A stretch of DNA of 64,000 nt from Parcubacteria group bacterium (GCA_041674205.1 JBAYWF010000006.1:410-64409), one strand, 5' to 3'; shown: positions 27,517-38,581, counted from the first letter of the stretch. A program made the numbers and translations. The notes: generated by a model from the sequence alone, not told the origin.

Positions 27517-29262
27517 TTATTCTTTGGTTACTCTCAAAATTTCTTCGATCGAGGTGATCCCATTGACCGCTTTGATAAATCCGTCTTCCACCATCGTCAC
27601 CATCCCTTTTTTCTTGGCGGCCTTTTCCACCTCTTCAGTCGGCGCTTTCTGCGAAATCATCTTTTCCATATCCGCGTCCACTTCCAGGACCTCATAGATC
27701 CCGCTCCGGCCACGATAACCTTCATTGCCGCATTGTTCGCACCCGACGGATTTATATAGCGTTATTTCTTCCCAACTGGCCTTGCCCGCCACCAATTCCT
27801 TGGTACTGTCATTTTTTTTGATCACCTCGAAAATCGAACCCATATCATAACTGTCGTTCAATATCACCAACTCCTTGGTTGTCATCTTATATTCCTTTTT
27901 GCAATCCGGACAAAGCTTGCGCACCAACCGCTGGGCGATGATGACATTCACCGTGGAAGCTACCATAAACGGCTCCGCGCCCATATCGATGATCCTGGGC
28001 AAAGTCGCCGCCGCGCTATTGGTATGGAGCGTCGACAAAACCAAGTGGCCGGTCAATGCGGCGTGGATGGCCATCTCCAGCGTTTCTTGATCGCGGATTT
28101 CCCCGACCATTATGATATCGGGGTCCTGGCGCAAAAGGGCTCTGAGTCCGGCCGCGAAAGTCAGGCCGACTTTCGTATAAATCTGGGTTTGATTGACTCT
28201 CGGCATCCGATATTCGACCGGGTCTTCGACCGTGCTGATATTGACTTCCGGCGTATTCAAAATATCCATAATCGTATACAAAGTCGTCGTTTTTCCCGAA
28301 CCGGTCGGACCGGTCACCAGAATCATCCCATTCGGCTTTTTAATCTGCCGATGCACGATCTCCAAGCCGAATCCGCCCAGACCCATTTTTTCCAAAGTAA
28401 GCCCTTTGGAATTTTCATTCAAAAGACGCATTACGATTTTCTCGCCATCAAATATCGGCAAAATACTTACCCGGAAGGAAATCTTCATATCTTCCTTCTC
28501 AATTTTGAACCGGCCGTCCTGCGGCACCCGGTGTTCATCCAGCTTGAGATTGGACAGAACCTTGATCCGGGCGATGATGCCGTGCTTGATCTGTTTAGGC
28601 AAAGTCATCGCGTCATGCAAGATGCCGTCGATGCGGTAGCGCACCCGGATTTCTTTTTCATCCGGTTCGATATGGATATCGCTGGCTTCCTGTAAAATAG
28701 CATGCTTTATCAACGTATCGACTATCCGGATGATAGGCAGGCCTTGCGCCACCTTTTCCAAGTCCTCGTCTTCGCCGTCACCCACCTCCGAAGAATTCTT
28801 TTCGATGATATCGCCGAACTCAGCCTTCAAGCTTTTTTCATATTGCTTCAAAATCACATTGATGCTGTTCTCGGAAGTCAGACAAGTTATGATTTTCAAA
28901 CCGGTTTTTTTGCGGATAAAATCGACCGTCTGGATGTCTTCCGGATTCAGCATCGCCAGTTTGAGCTCTTGGGCGTTTTTCTCGAAAGCCACGATCTTAT
29001 ATTTTTTGGCGATCGGCTCCGGTACGATTTGCAATATATCCGCCGGCACGATTTCCTTGGACAAATCGACGAAAGGCACTCCCAAAATATACGCGTACAA
29101 TTCCCGCAATTTGACTTCGTCGATCAGTTTCTTTTCCAACAATATCTCGCCTAAATGCTTGTTGCCATTCTGGGAATCAGCATATGCCAAATCAAGCTCC
29201 TCGACTTTTATCAACTCGGAGTCCTTGATGAATTCATACAATTGCTTATTTTCTATCCTCAT
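27517..29262 (-). CDS. pilB: type IV pilus assembly ATPase PilB (GspE family)
   Basis: 581 aa; N-terminal GSPII_E N domain; Walker A VTGPTGSGKTTTLY; Asp box and His box (ALTGHLVLSTLHTN); tetra-Cys motif CPDC...CEQC. Confidence 0.9.
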   Translation of the reverse strand: MRIENKQLYEFIKDSELIKVEELDLAYADSQNGNKHLGEILLEKKLIDEVKLRELYAYILGVPFVDLSKEIVPADILQIVPEPIAKKYKIVAFEKNAQELKLAMLNPEDIQTVDFIRKKTGLKIITCLTSENSINVILKQYEKSLKAEFGDIIEKNSSEVGDGEDEDLEKVAQGLPIIRIVDTLIKHAILQEASDIHIEPDEKEIRVRYRIDGILHDAMTLPKQIKHGIIARIKVLSNLKLDEHRVPQDGRFKIEKEDMKISFRVSILPIFDGEKIVMRLLNENSKGLTLEKMGLGGFGLEIVHRQIKKPNGMILVTGPTGSGKTTTLYTIMDILNTPEVNISTVEDPVEYRMPRVNQTQIYTKVGLTFAAGLRALLRQDPDIIMVGEIRDQETLEMAIHAALTGHLVLSTLHTNSAAATLPRIIDMGAEPFMVASTVNVIIAQRLVRKLCPDCKKEYKMTTKELVILNDSYDMGSIFEVIKKNDSTKELVAGKASWEEITLYKSVGCEQCGNEGYRGRSGIYEVLEVDADMEKMISQKAPTEEVEKAAKKKGMVTMVEDGFIKAVNGITSIEEILRVTKE

Positions 29263-29642
29263 TTCAATTTCAACGTTTCTTTTATTTTATCAGCGATTTC
29301 TTTCAGATTGTAATTCGACTTCACGAGATAGGTACTTACTCCCAAATCGAAAGCCCGGCCGATGTCTTCGGTCCTCTCCAGATTGGTCAGCAGGATGATC
29401 GGAATCTTATTGGTTCTCTCATCCTCCCGCAATTCGGTCAAGACCTCGAAACCGTCTTTCTTGGGCAGGATTATATCCAGCGAGATCAGATCCGGTTTTT
29501 CACTTTTAGCCAATTTGACGGCCATTTCGCCATCGCCGGCGCTGATGACGTCGAAATTTTCCGTCAGCAAGAATTCCTTCAAAGCGTTATGCAATGAATT
29601 TTCGTCTTCAACAATCAAAATCTTTTTCTTTTTCATATGGAT
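29259..29642 (-). CDS. stand-alone response regulator receiver domain (CheY/PilH-like)
   Basis: Start at MKKKKILIVEDE; phospho-acceptor Asp in LISLDIILPKKDGFEV; conserved Lys in ILLTNLE region; 4-nt overlap with pilB. Confidence 0.8.
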   Translation of the reverse strand: MHMKKKKILIVEDENSLHNALKEFLLTENFDVISAGDGEMAVKLAKSEKPDLISLDIILPKKDGFEVLTELREDERTNKIPIILLTNLERTEDIGRAFDLGVSTYLVKSNYNLKEIADKIKETLKLK

Positions 29643-29655
29643 GATAAAAAAATAA

Positions 29656-30612
29656 TTACGCCGCCGGCAACGAAAAACAGAATATCGATCCGGTATGCTC
29701 CCGGGAATGGAACCACATCCGTCCACCGGATTGTTCAATGATATTTTTAGCGATATATAAACCCAATCCGGTCCCCTCCGTCTGGTATTTCACGATATTG
29801 TCGCTTCGGAAAAATTTGCTGAAAACCTGGACTTGCTGTTCTTTCGGTATGCCCACGCCGTTATCCCGGATACTGAAAACCACGAAGCCCCGCTTTTTTG
29901 ACAAATCTATTTCAATCCGGCCGTAAGCGCCGGTATATTTGATCGCATTGCTGAAAAGATTTTCTATGACCAGTTTCAATTTTTCCTGGTCCGATAGCAC
30001 GCTCAAGGGCTTGCATCTGTCCGTCTTGCATTTGCGGGCGCTCTGGAACACGACTTTCATCTTTTTTTCTTTGATCAACGGCAAAAACTCACCGCTTATT
30101 TCAGTGACTATTCCGGCGATATCGACTTTTTCCCTTTTCAAAATCAACCTGCCCTGGTCGATCCGGGTCACATCCAAAAGATCGTTGACCAGGCGCGTCA
30201 TCCTGGTGGCCAATAGATTTATGGTATTGATGCTTTGGCGCTGTTTTTTATTCAAGCCGCGATCAAGCTTGCTGAGCATCAGTTCGGTTTCCCAGCGGAT
30301 AGCCGATAACGGGGTGCGCAATTGATGGGAGGCCACCGAAACGAATTCAGTTTTCATCTTGCTCAAAGTATCGATTTCCTCGAATTGCCCGATGATATAT
30401 TTGCCGATTGAAAAGATGCAGGCGACGACCACGCTTTCGGCCACCACCAGGAATTCCGGCCTGTCATATTGCTTGGAAATATAGTAAGTCACCGCCATCG
30501 CCACGGCGTTGATGATTCCTATTATGATGAACAAAAAACTCGGGGTTCTCCAAATGCTTACCCCTAATTTATCCGCTTGTCTTTTTAAGTTAAGGTCATT
30601 TTCAATATGCAT
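29656..30612 (-). CDS. sensor histidine kinase (two TM helices, HisKA plus HATPase_c)
   Basis: 318 aa; H-box SVASHQLRTPL; N box and G boxes (DNGVGIP, GTGLGLYIAK). Confidence 0.85.
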   Translation of the reverse strand: MHIENDLNLKRQADKLGVSIWRTPSFLFIIIGIINAVAMAVTYYISKQYDRPEFLVVAESVVVACIFSIGKYIIGQFEEIDTLSKMKTEFVSVASHQLRTPLSAIRWETELMLSKLDRGLNKKQRQSINTINLLATRMTRLVNDLLDVTRIDQGRLILKREKVDIAGIVTEISGEFLPLIKEKKMKVVFQSARKCKTDRCKPLSVLSDQEKLKLVIENLFSNAIKYTGAYGRIEIDLSKKRGFVVFSIRDNGVGIPKEQQVQVFSKFFRSDNIVKYQTEGTGLGLYIAKNIIEQSGGRMWFHSREHTGSIFCFSLPAA

Positions 30613-30742
30613 TTTGATTTTTATTTTCTATTGGCATTATACCATAAAAACAATTCATTTGGAACAGAAAAAGTTTCCCGAAAACCGAAAGCCAGCTTCA
30701 GCAGCTGGCTTTCTTTCTCCGGCCCGGATACGGACTGGTTTA

Positions 30743-33142
30743 CTAATTCGGATTCACTTCCTTCCAATTGAGATCAAGCGACCTGTTGGCGCTGCAGGAT
30801 TCATTAACGGTGCTGCAGATGCCGTTGCAAGTCCAATCCCAGGAATCATTCGTGCCGGAAACCGCGGACGGGTTGCCGGAAGAACATAGGTCGCTGGTCG
30901 GCTCGGACATAAACTCCTGTCCGTCAGCCGCGCCGCAATTGCCTGGTACGGAAGTGATGGACAAGCAAGTCCTGTTCGTATACGTCCCGGACAGGGTGCC
31001 ATTGGTGCAGGTGCGGGTTTGGTCGGCCGTGGTGCAATCGCAAGTCTGGGTGGTATTGTAGGCCGTGACGCTTGAACCGGAAGGGATGGTGCCGCCCCAA
31101 GGGAGGGGGCAAGGTGCCGCGCAGGTCTGTACGCTGCAAGTTCTGTTGGTATATGTGCCGGACAAGACTCCATTGGTGCAGGTGCGGGTTTGGGAGACAG
31201 TGGAGCAAGAGGAACCGCAAGCGACTGATGGTAAACGGTAGGCCGTGACGCTCGAGCCGGAAGCGATAGTGCCGCCCCAAGGGAGGGCGCAAGGATTAGC
31301 GATAACAGTAAATGGGATGTACAAGTTTTCATGTATTAATCTACTCCAACAAGAAACACCATTGACCACAGTGCTCGCTCCCTTCGCACAATACTTTTTT
31401 AAATGATCTTCCATTGGCAAATAACTCAGTATGAATGTGGCATTTCCATTCTTATTTCCTGGCACTCCTAAATTTATCGTGCTTGGAAGGATATTTATTG
31501 CCCCACCCGTCCAATTCCAATATGCCGTAATATGTTTTGCCGCCCCTACTGGCGTTTTAGCATCGATATCAGCACTCATTTCCGGCCAATTACCACATGT
31601 AGCTATTGACATAGAAGCAGTCGCATACACAGAATCTGTTGGTTTATACGTCCGACTATTAATATCATAATTTATAGTCAAATGCGGGGAACTAAGACCC
31701 GATGTTCCCTTCACCAGCAATGTTATTGCCTTTGCATCTCTAGCATTTCCCAAAAACAATCCACCCATTATTGCACAAAACACAATTACAAAAAAGCTGT
31801 TCCTATATTTAATCCCCATAGCAATAATCGAAATCACAAACAATATTACCAAAAAAATCAGAATGAATTTGAAATTAAAATCTTCAGGATTATCCGCAAT
31901 GTACTTTTGTGGCTCATTTTTAACGACCATATCTTGACTGTTAATTTTGAAATTCTTACTATCCAAAACATTTCCCTTATCATCTTTAATGCTCGCGAAC
32001 ACCCCTGGGTTAATGCAATCAGATTTTATCTGCAATTCATAATTAACAAATTCGGCATTCGGATCAAGCTCATTTATCATATCAGCGCATATTTGGTCGT
32101 TTGAATTTTTTATCACGACATCGACATCCATCGCTCCGTTATCAGTTTGGCTAAGTCTCGATCCTTGGAAATTATCTGCGGACGGAGACCAGAAAAAAGA
32201 AACTTTCGCTGATTCTCCTTCTTTGTAGTAATCCCTATCGATTTGCAAATTTTGAATAGTAGCGCTCAACCCCCTGACGACATATCTGAGATTAACCTTA
32301 TTAGAAATAATTTCACCCCCTTGTCTTCGTAGAAACAGTGCGACATTATATGCTTGCGGCGTTTCAATCTTAGGCAAGAAAAAATAAACTTCTTTTTCTT
32401 CTTTATTTAAAGTAATATTTTGTTTATCCTCTATGGCAATTTCAACTTCCTCTCCAAAAATACTCCGCCTATTAATCACGAACTCAGGAATAATCTCCGA
32501 TGATTGGTTTAGGTGATTGTCGATATCGCAATAAACAATAAGGCTTTCTTCTGGCTCGATATCAACGCCTTGAACTATGGAATATTTTTTAGCCTCATTT
32601 TCCCCCTCGACCTTCAAATAACAGTTTCTCAATTCTACGTATTGATTATTCCCCGAAAAACTGACGCTGCCGATATCGGACATAGCCAATCTCAAACCAT
32701 TTTGATTTTCAACAGTCAAAAAAATCCTATACTCTCCGGAAAAATATTCAGGCGCCCGATATTCTATCTCCTTTTTAATAACCTCGTTTTCCCTCAAAAC
32801 AATCGTCTCTGGATAAATTTTTTCATCGACAAGAATTTGCTTGCCGTCCTCTTGCCTAACTAAATGCAAGGCATATCTTACGCCAGGCTGAATTTGTTGC
32901 CTATTGTTAATATCAAAACTTATCCGAATATAGTTATTTTCTTGCGAAATAATTTTAGCATCATAAACACTAACATCAGCAACTACGATAAAGTCCAAAT
33001 TGCCTGATTCTTGTTGGTTTAATTCGCTATCATACGTGGGATGTTCATCCTGTAATTGTTGCTGGGCATTGATAGTAGGAATGAAAAAAGCCATCGTGAA
33101 AATGGCCAAGGCGGAGGCGAGGATCGATTTGGTTTTTCGCAT
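30743..33142 (-). CDS. large surface protein with signal peptide, central TM segments and tandem Cys-rich C-terminal repeats
   Basis: 799 aa; signal MRKTKSILASALAIFTMAFFIPTINA; two hydrophobic helices near residues 440-490; tandem repeat PLPWGGTI(A/P)SGSSVTAY...TRTCTNG(V/T)LSGTYTNRTC; AT-rich. Confidence 0.6.
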   Translation of the reverse strand: MRKTKSILASALAIFTMAFFIPTINAQQQLQDEHPTYDSELNQQESGNLDFIVVADVSVYDAKIISQENNYIRISFDINNRQQIQPGVRYALHLVRQEDGKQILVDEKIYPETIVLRENEVIKKEIEYRAPEYFSGEYRIFLTVENQNGLRLAMSDIGSVSFSGNNQYVELRNCYLKVEGENEAKKYSIVQGVDIEPEESLIVYCDIDNHLNQSSEIIPEFVINRRSIFGEEVEIAIEDKQNITLNKEEKEVYFFLPKIETPQAYNVALFLRRQGGEIISNKVNLRYVVRGLSATIQNLQIDRDYYKEGESAKVSFFWSPSADNFQGSRLSQTDNGAMDVDVVIKNSNDQICADMINELDPNAEFVNYELQIKSDCINPGVFASIKDDKGNVLDSKNFKINSQDMVVKNEPQKYIADNPEDFNFKFILIFLVILFVISIIAMGIKYRNSFFVIVFCAIMGGLFLGNARDAKAITLLVKGTSGLSSPHLTINYDINSRTYKPTDSVYATASMSIATCGNWPEMSADIDAKTPVGAAKHITAYWNWTGGAINILPSTINLGVPGNKNGNATFILSYLPMEDHLKKYCAKGASTVVNGVSCWSRLIHENLYIPFTVIANPCALPWGGTIASGSSVTAYRLPSVACGSSCSTVSQTRTCTNGVLSGTYTNRTCSVQTCAAPCPLPWGGTIPSGSSVTAYNTTQTCDCTTADQTRTCTNGTLSGTYTNRTCLSITSVPGNCGAADGQEFMSEPTSDLCSSGNPSAVSGTNDSWDWTCNGICSTVNESCSANRSLDLNWKEVNPN

Positions 33143-33264
33143 ATTTTTTGTTTGAAGGTTTATTTTGGTTTTATTATACCATAAATTTAGCGAAAAAAAA
33201 CAGCCTGTGGATAAACCGCACGCTAGTTTGTGATATTCCTATCGGTAAAATTAATTTGGACTTG

Positions 33265-34269
33265 TCATTCCAACCCTGCCAGCCGTTCTTGGAATTTTTC
33301 AAAGACTTTCGGGCTTTGCGGATCAGGCAGGAAAACCAAAGATTCGTCGGTAGCGATTATCATACTGCCCGACTTGTGCGTCCGCGGATCGGCCGCGATC
33401 CTCCGCAATTGCCAAGCGCGCAGAAAACGCTCGATGGAATCCATTCTGAAAACTTTTTCCCCGATTTTTCTCGCCATTTTCGCTAATTTGCTATCCTTCA
33501 ATAATTTCAGATTGGCCGCTTCATCCGGTTGGTAATGTATTTTATATTTTTTCAGCCAGCCGTTCTTGATTTGGAATTTCTTGAAAGTCTTGCGCCCGAA
33601 AACGGGAGTTATGAAATGATATTCGGAAGCCGAAAAAATATCTTTGAGATTTATCTCCAAAGATTTATCGGTTATGAAATAGTTCAAACACACCCGGTTG
33701 GCGATTTTCAAACCGTACCTTCTCTTGCCCAGAATATGCACCAGGGAAGTCACCAAGGCGCGCCCCGTGAAAATCCTGCCTTTTTTCAGGACGATCAGGA
33801 AATCCAAATCGCTTTTCGGTTCCGTATTCTTCATCGCCAGCCGGCCCGTCAAAGCTATCCCGCGCACGAACGGCACGAACCTCAGCCACCACGCCACCCG
33901 GCGCGCTATTTTAAATTTGGATTCAGCGATCTTATTGCGCCCGATCCGCTGTCCGACCAGATCCTTCCGGCCTTTCAAAAAATAGTATCCCCGATATTCC
34001 TCGATATTTTTTCTTGCGCCATCCCCATCCAATTCCTTGATGACTTCCGCTAAGGAATATCTTTCATTCCGATTATCGGAATCCCCGTCTGGAATCTGCC
34101 TGCCGACCGGCTGATTTAGATTCGAAGTCCTTGTCAGGTATTTCCAAATCTCGAAAGACGTCATCGGATAATCCATAACGTCATAATAGGCCAGGGTCGT
34201 AATGATATGTTTGGAGAGGTCGCTTTGCATAATTTTAAAGATATTTCCCCGTCCAACTCCTTTTGGCAT
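33265..34269 (-). CDS. nucleotidyltransferase-fold protein (Pol-beta superfamily), function unknown
   Basis: 334 aa; GRLAMKNTEPKSDLDFLIV (G[SG]...DxD NTase signature) near residue 150; about 35-nt overlap with the uvrA start. Confidence 0.5.
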   Translation of the reverse strand: MPKGVGRGNIFKIMQSDLSKHIITTLAYYDVMDYPMTSFEIWKYLTRTSNLNQPVGRQIPDGDSDNRNERYSLAEVIKELDGDGARKNIEEYRGYYFLKGRKDLVGQRIGRNKIAESKFKIARRVAWWLRFVPFVRGIALTGRLAMKNTEPKSDLDFLIVLKKGRIFTGRALVTSLVHILGKRRYGLKIANRVCLNYFITDKSLEINLKDIFSASEYHFITPVFGRKTFKKFQIKNGWLKKYKIHYQPDEAANLKLLKDSKLAKMARKIGEKVFRMDSIERFLRAWQLRRIAADPRTHKSGSMIIATDESLVFLPDPQSPKVFEKFQERLAGLE

Positions 34270-37087
34270 TTTTCAGCTTGTCCGGAGTTCCGGAAAAAAC
34301 GACTTCCCCGCCCTTGTCGCCGCCGTCCGGTCCGAGATCGATCACCCAATCGGAATTACGGATGACATCGATATTATGCTCGACCACCAGCACTGAATTA
34401 CCTTTATCCACCAGCGCATCCAGGACGCCCAATAGCCTCTTCACATCCTCAAAATGCAGACCGATGGTCGGTTCGTCCAAAATATACAATGTTTTTCCCG
34501 TCGATTTCCGGGAAAGCTCGGTAGCCAATTTGATCCTTTGCGCCTCACCGCCTGACAGGTTGGTCGCGCTCTGACCCAATTTCAGATAACCCAAACCGAC
34601 TTGTTCAAGAGTGCGCAGTTTTTCCACCACCAAAGGTGACTTCTTGAAAAAACACAGGGCGTAGGAAACGCTCATATCCAACACTTCGGCAATATTCACT
34701 CCCTGATATTCGATATCAAGCGTTTTTTGGTTATATCTAGTGCCGCCGCAGGATTCGCATTTGACATACATATCCGGCAGAAGATGCATCTCTATTTTCT
34801 TAGTCCCGTCCCCCTGGCAGACTTCGCATCGTCCGCCCTTCATATTGAAACTGAACCGGCTTGGAGTATATCCCCGGCTTTTGGCTTCCTCCGTAGAAAC
34901 GAACAACTCGCGGATCAACGAGAACACGCCCGTGTAGGTTGCGGCATTGGAACGCGGAGTCCGGCCGATAGGGGATTGGTTGATGCTGATGACTTTGTCG
35001 ATATTGCCCAAACCCTTGATCTTATTGTGCGCTCCCGGCACATCTTTCGCGCCGAAAAAATGCCTTGCCAACGCCTTCGCCAGGATATCCGAAACCAAAG
35101 TCGATTTGCCTGAACCCGATACGCCAGTAATGGAAACGAATTTCCCCAGCGGTATTTCCACATCTATTTTTTTCAAATTATGCTCCTTGGCTCCGATAAT
35201 CTCGATCGATTTCTTGTTGCCTTTGCGGAAAGATTTTTTGTCCGCGACCTTTTTCTTGCCGGTCAGATATTGGGCGGTCAGGTTTTTGGAATTCAACAAT
35301 TTCTTAAAATCACCTTGGAAAATCACCTGCCCACCTTCTTCTCCCGCGCCCGGACCCATATCGATTATCCAATCGGCTTTGCGGATGATGTCATCATCGT
35401 GCTCCACTACGATCAACGAATTGCCGGCCTCTTTCAATGCCTGCATCGTACTGATTAATTTTTCCGTATCGCGGTTATGCAATCCGATGGACGGTTCATC
35501 CAGGACGTAGGTGATGCCCATCAATTCCGAACCGATCTGGGTTGCCAGCCTGATCCGCTGGGCTTCGCCGCCTGAAATCGAATTGGCTCCGCGGGAAAGC
35601 GAGAGATATTCCAATCCGACGTTTATAAGCGCCTCGGTTTTCAACTTCATTTCTTTGATCAGAGGCGCGGCGATATCCCGCTTGGACCTGTCAGTCTTTG
35701 AATCGGCGGCCAGCTCCTCCAAAAATGCCACGAATTTGACCAGATCCATCTTCACCACGTCATCAATCGACTTTTCCTTGACCATCACCGCCAAAAATTT
35801 ATCCTTCAACCTTTGGCCGGTGCAGACCGGACAGGTTTTTTCCAACATATATTTCTCCAAATCATTCCGGACATAATCCGAACTGGCTTCCTGGTATTTC
35901 CTTTTGAGGATCGGGACCACGCCGTCAAACATCACCCGCACTTCTTTCACGCCGCCCATATCATCCTTCTGTTCTATTAGGAGTTCCTTTTTTTCCGGTC
36001 CATAAAAAATAGTTTCCAATGCCTCCGGTGAAAGTTTTTTGACCGGCAACGCCACTGAAAAACCGTATTCTTTCCCCAAAACTTCCAATATATGGAGATA
36101 ATTGTTATGCCCGTTGCCACGGCCGTTCGTTTTGCTCCACGGTAAAATTGCCCCTTCCGCAAGCGTCAGATTTTTATTGGGCATCACCAGATCAATATCA
36201 ACCTCTTTGGTGATACCTAAACCGGAGCAATGGGCGCAAGCCCCTTCCGGACTATTGAAAGAAAAATGGCGGGGGGTTATTTCCGAAATCCGCGTATGGC
36301 AATCATGGCAGACGAAATCCTTATTATATACCCGGTCTTCGACATTATCGATCGAAACCATAACGGAACCGTTGCCGACTTTCAAAGCCGTTTCAATCGA
36401 ATCCAAAATCCTTTCGCTATCCGGATTCTTATGCTTGATAGCTACCCGGTCCACTACGACTTCGATCGCATTTTCAACCTGTTCGCTGGCAATCATCAAA
36501 GCTTCACTGACCAGCATTATCTTGCCGTTAAGGCGCGCCCGCGCATAGCCGATCTGGCTTACGCAACGCAAAATTTCCTTGGAACTTTTCCCGTCATCTT
36601 TTATCTTAGCTAGGATCGATACCTGCGTTTGATCCGGCAATCCCAAAAGTTCATCCAGCATCTCTTGATTGCTCTTGCGCGTCATCACGGCACCGCACTT
36701 CGGACAATGCGGCGCGCCGACCTTAGCAAACAGCACGCGCAGATAATCATAGATTTCCGTCAACGTCCCGACCGTCGATCGCGGGCTGCGGCTCAAACTT
36801 TTTTGGTCGATGGAAATCGTCGGACTCAGGTTTTCCACTTTATCCACATCAGGCTTCGCTCCCACATCCAGGAATTGCCGCGCATATGAAGACATCCCTT
36901 CCAAATATCGACGGTTGCCTTCGGCATAAATCACATCGAACGCCAATGATGATTTCCCCGATCCGGACAGCCCCGTCACGACCACCAATTGGTCGCGTGG
37001 TACGTCGATATCCACATTTTTCAAATTATTGACCCGGGCGCCTCTGATAATGATCTTATCTCTGACTTTTGGAGTGACTTTGGCCAT
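34235..37087 (-). CDS. uvrA: excinuclease ABC subunit A (UvrA), copy 1
   Basis: 950 aa; N-terminal [49 protein letters not shown]; two ABC ATPase modules with zinc-finger insertions. Confidence 0.9.
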   Translation of the reverse strand: MAKVTPKVRDKIIIRGARVNNLKNVDIDVPRDQLVVVTGLSGSGKSSLAFDVIYAEGNRRYLEGMSSYARQFLDVGAKPDVDKVENLSPTISIDQKSLSRSPRSTVGTLTEIYDYLRVLFAKVGAPHCPKCGAVMTRKSNQEMLDELLGLPDQTQVSILAKIKDDGKSSKEILRCVSQIGYARARLNGKIMLVSEALMIASEQVENAIEVVVDRVAIKHKNPDSERILDSIETALKVGNGSVMVSIDNVEDRVYNKDFVCHDCHTRISEITPRHFSFNSPEGACAHCSGLGITKEVDIDLVMPNKNLTLAEGAILPWSKTNGRGNGHNNYLHILEVLGKEYGFSVALPVKKLSPEALETIFYGPEKKELLIEQKDDMGGVKEVRVMFDGVVPILKRKYQEASSDYVRNDLEKYMLEKTCPVCTGQRLKDKFLAVMVKEKSIDDVVKMDLVKFVAFLEELAADSKTDRSKRDIAAPLIKEMKLKTEALINVGLEYLSLSRGANSISGGEAQRIRLATQIGSELMGITYVLDEPSIGLHNRDTEKLISTMQALKEAGNSLIVVEHDDDIIRKADWIIDMGPGAGEEGGQVIFQGDFKKLLNSKNLTAQYLTGKKKVADKKSFRKGNKKSIEIIGAKEHNLKKIDVEIPLGKFVSITGVSGSGKSTLVSDILAKALARHFFGAKDVPGAHNKIKGLGNIDKVISINQSPIGRTPRSNAATYTGVFSLIRELFVSTEEAKSRGYTPSRFSFNMKGGRCEVCQGDGTKKIEMHLLPDMYVKCESCGGTRYNQKTLDIEYQGVNIAEVLDMSVSYALCFFKKSPLVVEKLRTLEQVGLGYLKLGQSATNLSGGEAQRIKLATELSRKSTGKTLYILDEPTIGLHFEDVKRLLGVLDALVDKGNSVLVVEHNIDVIRNSDWVIDLGPDGGDKGGEVVFSGTPDKLKNAKRSWTGKYL

Positions 37088-37223
37088 ATTCGTAAATAGT
37101 TGTTAGAAGTAAAAAAATGATATTCTAAATAATTATTTTAGAGCATTCCGGGGTCTTTGTAAAGGAACCGGCCTATTTGGAAATCCAGCTCAATCTTCCG
37201 GAAAAAATCCATATCCACGCCGA

Positions 37224-38507
37224 CTAGATAAACTCGCTTTTCCTCACTTTCCGATGGTATCCGATCGCGAAGCGGTGCGCTTCATCCATAATATTTTTAA
37301 GTAAAAAACTGTCGTGTAATACCTCCTCCACCTCCTTGGAAAAAACGGGCGTCGGATCCGCCTCGCCCGGGACGGACGGGATGATGACTTCGGTTTTTTT
37401 CCTAGTCGGACCTTTCGCTACCGCCGCCAGCGGAATCGCCAATCCCAGATCATATAAAAGTTTTCGCGCCATATTCAAATGCCCCCGGCCTCCATCCAGC
37501 AAAACCAGATCCGGTTGCCGCCACGCGTTCTTGAAACGCCGCAACAGGACCTCGGCCATCATCGCCACATCATTGGCGCCTTCCACGGTCTTTATCCGAA
37601 ATTTGCGATATTCTTTTTTATTCGGCTCTCCATCCTCAAACACGATCATCGAGCCCACCGCCTGCTGGCCGGAGATATTGGAAATATCATAAGCCTCGAT
37701 CCGCAAACTTGCCGCAGGTCCGATTTTCGGCTTGCCGGATGTCGGACCTTCAGACGAGATAAGTGCCACGTCTTGGATATGTTTCAGGGCGAAAATCTTA
37801 TTGCGGATTACAGCCGCCTTTTCAAATTCATCGCCCTTGGCCAATACGTGCATTTCCTTTTCCAACTTTCCAAGCAAGCTTTTTTTCTTGCCCTCCAGAA
37901 TCATCCGGATACCCCGGATATTCTTAGTGTAATCTTTTTTGGAAATCGCCCCGGCATACGGCCCCGGACATCTGCCGAGTTGGAAATCCAGACAACCCTT
38001 TTCCGTTTTTTGCTTATTTGAATGGAAAGGGAAAATTTTCCTGATTATCTTCAGCGCGATTTCCATCTGCTTCTTGCTCGTATACGGTCCGAATGTTTTA
38101 GCATAAACTATTTCGTCTGATTTTTTTGGAATTTTATCCAATTCCGTTTCCCTCAAAATGACCACCCGCGGAAATTCTTCTTTAGTTATGGCGAAATACG
38201 CGAATGATTTGTCATCCTTGCCTAAAACATTATATTTCGGCTGATGTTTCCTGATAAGGTTGGCTTCCCGGATCAACGCATCCAGAACCGAATCCGTTTC
38301 TTCCATTTCAATATCCTCCACCTGATGGATCATCGTTTCAATCGGCCGGTCGCTGCCCTGATAATTCCTAAAATACGAGCTTACCCGACTCCGCAAATCC
38401 GTCGCCTTGCCGATATAGATGATTTCTTTTTTGGCATCGCGAAAAATATACACTCCAGGACCTTGAGGTAATTTCTCTATTTGGTTCTTTAATCTTGACA
38501 AATACAC
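37224..38507 (-). CDS. uvrC: excinuclease ABC subunit C (UvrC), short form (427 aa; C-terminal (HhH)2 region apparently absent)
   Basis: GIY-YIG domain (GVYIFRDAKKEIIYIGKATDLRSRVSSYF); C-terminal RNase H-like endonuclease region (IEAYDISNISGQQAVGSMIVFEDGEPNKKEYRKFRI...DVAMMAEVLLRRF). Confidence 0.75.
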   Translation of the reverse strand: MYLSRLKNQIEKLPQGPGVYIFRDAKKEIIYIGKATDLRSRVSSYFRNYQGSDRPIETMIHQVEDIEMEETDSVLDALIREANLIRKHQPKYNVLGKDDKSFAYFAITKEEFPRVVILRETELDKIPKKSDEIVYAKTFGPYTSKKQMEIALKIIRKIFPFHSNKQKTEKGCLDFQLGRCPGPYAGAISKKDYTKNIRGIRMILEGKKKSLLGKLEKEMHVLAKGDEFEKAAVIRNKIFALKHIQDVALISSEGPTSGKPKIGPAASLRIEAYDISNISGQQAVGSMIVFEDGEPNKKEYRKFRIKTVEGANDVAMMAEVLLRRFKNAWRQPDLVLLDGGRGHLNMARKLLYDLGLAIPLAAVAKGPTRKKTEVIIPSVPGEADPTPVFSKEVEEVLHDSFLLKNIMDEAHRFAIGYHRKVRKSEFI

Positions 38508-38581
38508 AATGATATCTTACACTAAAAAGTTATTTAAAAAAAACAGCCTTCAAAACTCAACGATTTTACAAGGAGAAGAAA

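Noticed and set aside
28024-29398. Several plus-strand ORFs (223, 148, 150 and 222 aa) over pilB
   Set aside because: All antisense to PilB, which has unambiguous Walker A, His-box and Zn-finger motifs.
30754-31332. 192-aa and 122-aa alternative-frame ORFs in the Cys-rich repeat region of the large surface protein
   Set aside because: They arise from the tandem DNA repeat read in other frames (Pro/Ala/Arg-rich); the main frame carries the signal peptide and a consistent repeat structure.
34727-36889. Multiple 90-190-aa antisense ORFs across uvrA copy 1 (and similarly 39001-41526 across copy 2, 44680-46659 across uvrB)
   Set aside because: Shadow ORFs opposite long, highly conserved genes.
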